The position numbers were made by a program, and so were the translations under genes. A DNA stretch of 64,000 nt from Candidatus Latescibacterota bacterium (GTDB taxonomy: Bacteria > Latescibacterota > UBA2968), in contig OZ244960.1 in assembly GCA_965222605.1 (NCBI GenBank), positions 1,120,001 to 1,184,000 of the forward strand, written 5' to 3'. The first letter of the stretch is position 1; each line of letters starts with the position of its first letter. Below, piece by piece: positions 59,186 through 64,000 of this stretch. The notes beneath the pieces were generated by a model that was given only the letters and a program-made list of their open reading frames with translations, was not told where the DNA came from and ran no database searches.

Positions 59186-61279
59186 TCAGGTCAGATTCTC
59201 CACGCGCTCAAAATAGAAAATCCGCCCATCGTACGTCCCTACAAACAAGCCCCCTTCCACCACACAGGGAGGTGCTGTAATTGGCGATCCGAACACCACA
59301 CGGCCTCGACATTTGCCGGACGCGGCATCTAAGGCGTACAAACACCCATCACAGCCGCAAATTAGCAGACAATCCTCGAAATAGACCGGCGCAGCTAAAA
59401 TGCTCCGCACGCCTCTGCGATAGGGAACCATATCCAACAAGCTGTCTTCCGTTTGAAACCGCCACCGTAGCGCCCCAGAATTGAAATCAAAACAGAGGGC
59501 CTCTCCCTCCGGTGTGGCGGCATAGATCAGGCCATCCCGCACGAGCAGTCCGGTTGGGTAACTGGACGAGAGAATCGGCTTATCCCACACGACCTCTCCC
59601 GAAATTGCCTGTAACGCGGTTAAATGCGATGTCTCTCCTGACGAGTCTCCCCCACTTATCAGCAAGTCTCCAGTCACAACCGGTGTTGGATATGGATACT
59701 CAACCCCTATCTGCTGTTCCCACACCGCATCTCCGCTTTGCCGGTCCAATGCCATCAGTCCCCGCCGCTGCACGAGCAGGAGAAGCAGGTCCTCATAAAC
59801 CTGGGGGCTTGCGTAGCACGACCAGTTATCACTGTCTTCGACAGGTACATACCACTGCTGCTCCCCCGTTTTGAGATCGAACGCCGCGTAACCGGCCTTT
59901 GCCCCTGCGTACAACGTCCCATCTGCAATAACCGGAGACGTGTAAACCCAGCGGTCGGGATACCCGGGCAGATTCGCATGCCACAGCAGGCGGCCCGACG
60001 CCTCCTCCAGCGCATACACCCGCCCGGTAACCGACACAGCCCCGCAGATGCCATCTGCCACAGCCACGCTGTTTTTCACCGTCGCATCCGTGCGTGCCTG
60101 CCACACCAGATCCCCACTGCCCACCTCAATACAACAGACCCCGTTGCGGGCGGGATAGCCCTCGTCCCGCAGGCTCAACAGCAGCCGATCTCGCGCCTGC
60201 ACGGGTGCCGCTCGGTGCAAGCCCCCTGGAAGTTGTTGCTCCCATCGAAGACGCAGCCCTATTTCGTCCAACGACACCTCCACCGGCGTATCCTCGGAAG
60301 GTAGCGAGACGCCAGTGGATTTAAGCGCGCAGAGTTCCACTTCCGCCCCCTCCTCTCCGAACCGCACGACGCGGTAGCCTCTCGGCGACGTATCGATCCC
60401 ACCAAAACAGAACGGCGGGGTTGCGGCCACAACCATCTCTCCGTAAGAGAACACCTTGCTGGAATGCCAGTGCCCGTGCAGCACCAGGCGGACATTATAT
60501 CGGCTCAACGCCTCCAGAAATGAAACCGGGGGGTGTGTGTGAACCACCACCACGATCTCCCGGTCCGCAGGCTGTAGTTCCAGATCTGTCCAGAACCACA
60601 CCTCCTTTCGCGCCTGGTCCTCAGGCGAAAAAAACGACTGCTCGTTGGGATAAAACACAAAATGGCGTCCCCCCCAATCAAAGCTGTAATACGAGGGGCC
60701 GAGCACCGCTTCGAAATGCCGGGTAAACGTATGGCCCGCCTGTGAGACCTCCCCGTGGCGTTCCTCGTTCCCGTCGTGTCCACCGAACAGCGAAAAAACC
60801 GGCGTTGCAACCGTCTCAATTGCCTCTCGAAAACGGGACAACTCGGCAAGCTCTCCCCTGTTCGTGAGATCTCCGCTCGCCACAATCAGATCCGGATCGG
60901 CTTCCCGGACAAGTTGCTGTAACGCCTCGGCGAGAACCTCTCCGGACGTCAGCATCTCCCCCTCTACCACAACGTGTGTATCGGTAATCTGCACAAGCGT
61001 AAACTGCCGTGCAGCCCGCTCAGGTGCAGGCTCAAGCCAAAAATCCACCCCATCTTGCGCGCCCATCCAGTTCCGTGTAGACGAATAGAACCCCGATGTC
61101 GCTCGAAAACCATCCGGAACGGTCACAAATACGAACCGGTGCGCCTCCGGTTCCACTGCAAGCGCGTACCTGCCCTCCTCGTCCGTCTGCACAATCTGCT
61201 CTCCATTGGAAACCAAAACACCTCCCAGAACGCGTCCAGACAGATCTTCTATCACCCTTCCTCGAACCTCAATCGCCAT
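59186..61279 (-). CDS. Calcineurin-like metallophosphoesterase fused to a PQQ-like (BamB-type) beta-propeller
   Basis: DTH, GDL, GGHD, HTH, GHWH motifs; repeated G..W propeller blades. Confidence 0.82.
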   Translation of the reverse strand: MAIEVRGRVIEDLSGRVLGGVLVSNGEQIVQTDEEGRYALAVEPEAHRFVFVTVPDGFRATSGFYSSTRNWMGAQDGVDFWLEPAPERAARQFTLVQITDTHVVVEGEMLTSGEVLAEALQQLVREADPDLIVASGDLTNRGELAELSRFREAIETVATPVFSLFGGHDGNEERHGEVSQAGHTFTRHFEAVLGPSYYSFDWGGRHFVFYPNEQSFFSPEDQARKEVWFWTDLELQPADREIVVVVHTHPPVSFLEALSRYNVRLVLHGHWHSSKVFSYGEMVVAATPPFCFGGIDTSPRGYRVVRFGEEGAEVELCALKSTGVSLPSEDTPVEVSLDEIGLRLRWEQQLPGGLHRAAPVQARDRLLLSLRDEGYPARNGVCCIEVGSGDLVWQARTDATVKNSVAVADGICGAVSVTGRVYALEEASGRLLWHANLPGYPDRWVYTSPVIADGTLYAGAKAGYAAFDLKTGEQQWYVPVEDSDNWSCYASPQVYEDLLLLLVQRRGLMALDRQSGDAVWEQQIGVEYPYPTPVVTGDLLISGGDSSGETSHLTALQAISGEVVWDKPILSSSYPTGLLVRDGLIYAATPEGEALCFDFNSGALRWRFQTEDSLLDMVPYRRGVRSILAAPVYFEDCLLICGCDGCLYALDAASGKCRGRVVFGSPITAPPCVVEGGLFVGTYDGRIFYFERVENLT

Positions 61280-61430
61280 AGCGTACCTCTTTGTTCGCAG
61301 TTATAGGCAAAATACAATATTCACACCACGAGGCAAAATAAACAATGATTGCCTACCATATAAAGATTGTGCATAATAGACAAGCTCTTATCCAATGGTA
61401 GAAGATGTTAAAAAAATGGAGGCTGAGCAC

Positions 61431-61745
61431 ATGAACGCTGTTATTCAATCGAAAGATGAGATGCTCTCACTTTTAAAAAAAAATCAAATCGAAATAAAAA
61501 AATATGGCATTAAGCGTCTGGGGCTTTTTGGCTCGTTTGTAACAGAAAAGCATCGTGTTGATAGCGATGTTGATTTGCTTGTTGAATTCAGGTCTGGACA
61601 GAAATCATTTGATCACTTCATGCATCTGTCATTTTTTTTGGAGGATATATTGGGTCGGCGCGTTGATCTGGTGACGACGGATGCACTGAGTCCCCATCTC
61701 GGTCCACACATATTGAGTGAAGTTGAATATGTCATCTTCGATTGA
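61431..61745 (+). CDS. Minimal nucleotidyltransferase (MntA-like antitoxin)
   Basis: LGLFGSFV...DSDVDLLVEF, LEDILGRRVDLV. Confidence 0.9.
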   Translation: MNAVIQSKDEMLSLLKKNQIEIKKYGIKRLGLFGSFVTEKHRVDSDVDLLVEFRSGQKSFDHFMHLSFFLEDILGRRVDLVTTDALSPHLGPHILSEVEYVIFD

Positions 61746-61788
61746 ATTTTTGCGTCATATTCTGGATGAAAGGAAGGAAAATGAGTGA
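61729..61788 (+). pseudogene. N-terminal stub of a DUF86/HepT toxin
   Basis: Overlapping ATG gives MSSSIEFLRHILDE, then RKENE*; xxLRHILDE is the DUF86 N-terminal signature. Confidence 0.65.
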
Positions 61789-63370
61789 AAGACCCAATAT
61801 TCTGTGGTTATCCTTAGAAGACACAAGCCCGCGATTTGGGTGTTATGGCGATGACGTAGCGCGCACGCCAAATCTCGACAAACTGGCATCGGAGGGATGT
61901 CGGTATCCCAATGCATTTTCAACGGCGGGCGTATGCGCACCGAGTCGCGCGGCAATTATCACAGGCATGTATCAAACGGCCATTGGCGCGCAGCACATGC
62001 GCACGCGCCACACCAATGCATACGCGCCGCAAATGCCCACGCCCTATGACGTAGTACCACCTCATTATGTGAAATGTTTTCCAGAATATTTGCGGATGGC
62101 CGGGTATTACTGCACGAACAACACAAAAACCGATTATCAATTTACCCCGCCGATTACCGCATGGGATGAATTGAGCGCACAAGCCCACTGGCGCAATCGC
62201 CCCGATGGCGCGCCCTTTTTTGCGGTATTTAATCGCACCGTATCGCACGAAAGCGGCATGTGGCCCGAGAAACGGACAGAAGTAGAGACCGATCCAGATT
62301 CGGTCACACTACCGCCCTATATCCCCAACACACCCAAAGCGCGGCTGGCATTGGCGCGACATTACGACAACATCGCCGACAATGATGCGTGGGTTGGCGA
62401 GATGTTACAGCAATTGGAAGATGATGGATTGGCGGACAACACTATTGTATTTATCTGGAGCGATCACGGCGAAGGACTACCCCGAGCCAAGCGCTGGCCC
62501 TATGATGCGGGCATTCGCGTACCGTGCATCGTGCGCTGGCCGGGTGAATTGGAACCGGGTAGCGTCAATGAGCGATTGGTGAGCATGGTCGATCTGGGTC
62601 CGACCGTACTATCACTCGCCGGCGAACAAATCCCAGCGCATATCCAGGGCCAACCCTTTGTGGGGCCACAGGAAAAAGACCGAGATTATATATTTGCAAT
62701 GCGAGATCGGTACGATGAATCTTATGACATGATGCGGGCAGTGCGAGATAAGCGATTCAAGTACATTCGAAACTACATGACGGAAAACCCGTATTTATTG
62801 TGGATACCCTATCGCAATCGGCATCCCGCATTGCAGGAAATGTGGCGGCTTCATCTCGCGGGCAAATTGGAAGGCGTGCAAAACGTGATGTTTCAAAAAC
62901 GCCCCGTAGAAGAATTGTACGACACGGAAAACGATCCGTTTGAAGTGAACAATCTGGCGGACGATCCCACACACGCCGAAACATTGAACCGCTTGCGCGA
63001 GGCACTGGACGACTGGCGCGAAAAATACGACGTATGGGGCGATGTGCCCGAGGATCAGATGGTATTTCGCATGTGGCAAGGAACAGAGCAACCGCAGACC
63101 GGATTGCCGGTTTTTGTGCCAATATGTGAAGAAAGCCCCGGGCGAGAGGCCGCGCCCGAAGGCGGAACCTTTAAGGGACCGATAATCGTACAGTTTTACT
63201 GTGGCACACAGGGCGCGTCAATGGCATATCAACTCGCAGGCGATGAACACTGGCGATTGTACACCGGACCCATTCCCCTGCCAAAAGGCGAGACCACGAT
63301 TCGCGCCAAAGCTATCCGGATTGGATACAAAGAAAGTGAAGAAGTCGAAGCGACTTTTGTCGTAACCTGA
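61781..63370 (+). CDS. Sulfatase with C-terminal Fn3-associated/chitobiase-like domain
   Basis: PNILW..ED, CAPSR, SDHG, EELYD..DP.E; C-terminal GASMAY...YTGPI....IRAKA. Confidence 0.92.
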   Translation: MSERPNILWLSLEDTSPRFGCYGDDVARTPNLDKLASEGCRYPNAFSTAGVCAPSRAAIITGMYQTAIGAQHMRTRHTNAYAPQMPTPYDVVPPHYVKCFPEYLRMAGYYCTNNTKTDYQFTPPITAWDELSAQAHWRNRPDGAPFFAVFNRTVSHESGMWPEKRTEVETDPDSVTLPPYIPNTPKARLALARHYDNIADNDAWVGEMLQQLEDDGLADNTIVFIWSDHGEGLPRAKRWPYDAGIRVPCIVRWPGELEPGSVNERLVSMVDLGPTVLSLAGEQIPAHIQGQPFVGPQEKDRDYIFAMRDRYDESYDMMRAVRDKRFKYIRNYMTENPYLLWIPYRNRHPALQEMWRLHLAGKLEGVQNVMFQKRPVEELYDTENDPFEVNNLADDPTHAETLNRLREALDDWREKYDVWGDVPEDQMVFRMWQGTEQPQTGLPVFVPICEESPGREAAPEGGTFKGPIIVQFYCGTQGASMAYQLAGDEHWRLYTGPIPLPKGETTIRAKAIRIGYKESEEVEATFVVT

Positions 63371-63443
63371 TCGCGAAAGTACTCAGATGCGAATTGCAAC
63401 TTTGACATGTCCGGTAAAAAACCTGGGCTGAAATAGGAGGTAT

Positions 63444-64000
63444 ATGGTGCACAGGATGCAAATACTGAATAACAGCATTTCAGCACATGCTTTACTGCTC
63501 TTATTGGTGGGAGTGGCGATGATCTCTACATCGCAAGCACAAGACCTCATGGAGCGATTGCGAGAACGTATGGTAAAGACACAGATTGAAAACCGAGGGG
63601 TTAAAGACCCCGCTGTCCTGGAGGCGATGCGAAAAGTGGAGCGCCACCAGTTTGTGCCCGAGTCTTATGCTTCACGAGCATACAGCGATCATCCATTGCC
63701 CATTGGCGAGGGACAGACCATTTCTCAACCATATATTGTCGCGCTAATGACCGAAGTGTTGAATTTGAAGAAGTCGGATAAAGTGCTGGAAATTGGGACG
63801 GGATCGGGATATCAGGCGGCGATTCTGGGCGAGTTGTGTGACAGCATCTACACCATAGAGATTGTGGAAGTGCTGGGCAAGCGCGCCGCAAACTTGCTCA
63901 ACACATTGGGATATGACAATATCAAAGTAAAAGTTGGCGATGGGTACAAAGGATGGGCAGAACATGCACCATTTGATGCGATTATTGTAACGTGTTCACC
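63444..64000 (+). CDS. pcm: Protein-L-isoaspartate O-methyltransferase (runs off window end)
   Basis: Manual translation: [50 protein letters not shown]; RBS AGGAGG. Confidence 0.95.
   Translation, partial: MVHRMQILNNSISAHALLLLLVGVAMISTSQAQDLMERLRERMVKTQIENRGVKDPAVLEAMRKVERHQFVPESYASRAYSDHPLPIGEGQTISQPYIVALMTEVLNLKKSDKVLEIGTGSGYQAAILGELCDSIYTIEIVEVLGKRAANLLNTLGYDNIKVKVGDGYKGWAEHAPFDAIIVTCS

Noticed and set aside
1-64000. tRNA, rRNA, integrase or prophage genes
   Set aside because: None recognised by eye; a tRNAscan/Rfam run would be needed to exclude small RNAs fully.

Overview
Bacterial chromosomal window. It carries housekeeping blocks: a lysine riboswitch with dapA-dapB, hrcA-grpE-dnaJ, glnA, uppS-cdsA-dxr-rseP, and a dcw cluster mraZ..ftsZ that lacks mraY, murD, murG and ddl. 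Accessory segments are interleaved: two probable type II restriction-modification pairs, a ~5.6 kb insertion (internalin-like LRR protein, MNT-HEPN fusion, orphan antitoxins) that splits dppA from dppBC, two sulfatases, two PhyH dioxygenases and a DMFase-like gene. The LRR, dockerin-like, PhyH, sulfatase and TA content resembles marine sponge-associated Latescibacterota/Gemmatimonadota-type genomes; this is inference only. The strongest unexplained signals are: (1) an ORF-less, promoter-bearing, hairpin-dense IS200/IS605-like element between hrcA and grpE, a candidate orphan TnpB omega-RNA whose guide would be antisense to the hrcA 3' end; (2) a secreted protein with a temptin-like domain carrying a CxxCH motif; (3) a shared dockerin/EF-hand-like 'DxDGDGxVxFSDFL' module on two unrelated secreted proteins; (4) three loci where the antitoxin (or partner gene) is intact but the toxin survives only as a short stub. 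No tRNA, rRNA or CRISPR array was seen. All calls come from reading the sequence by eye; no searches were run.
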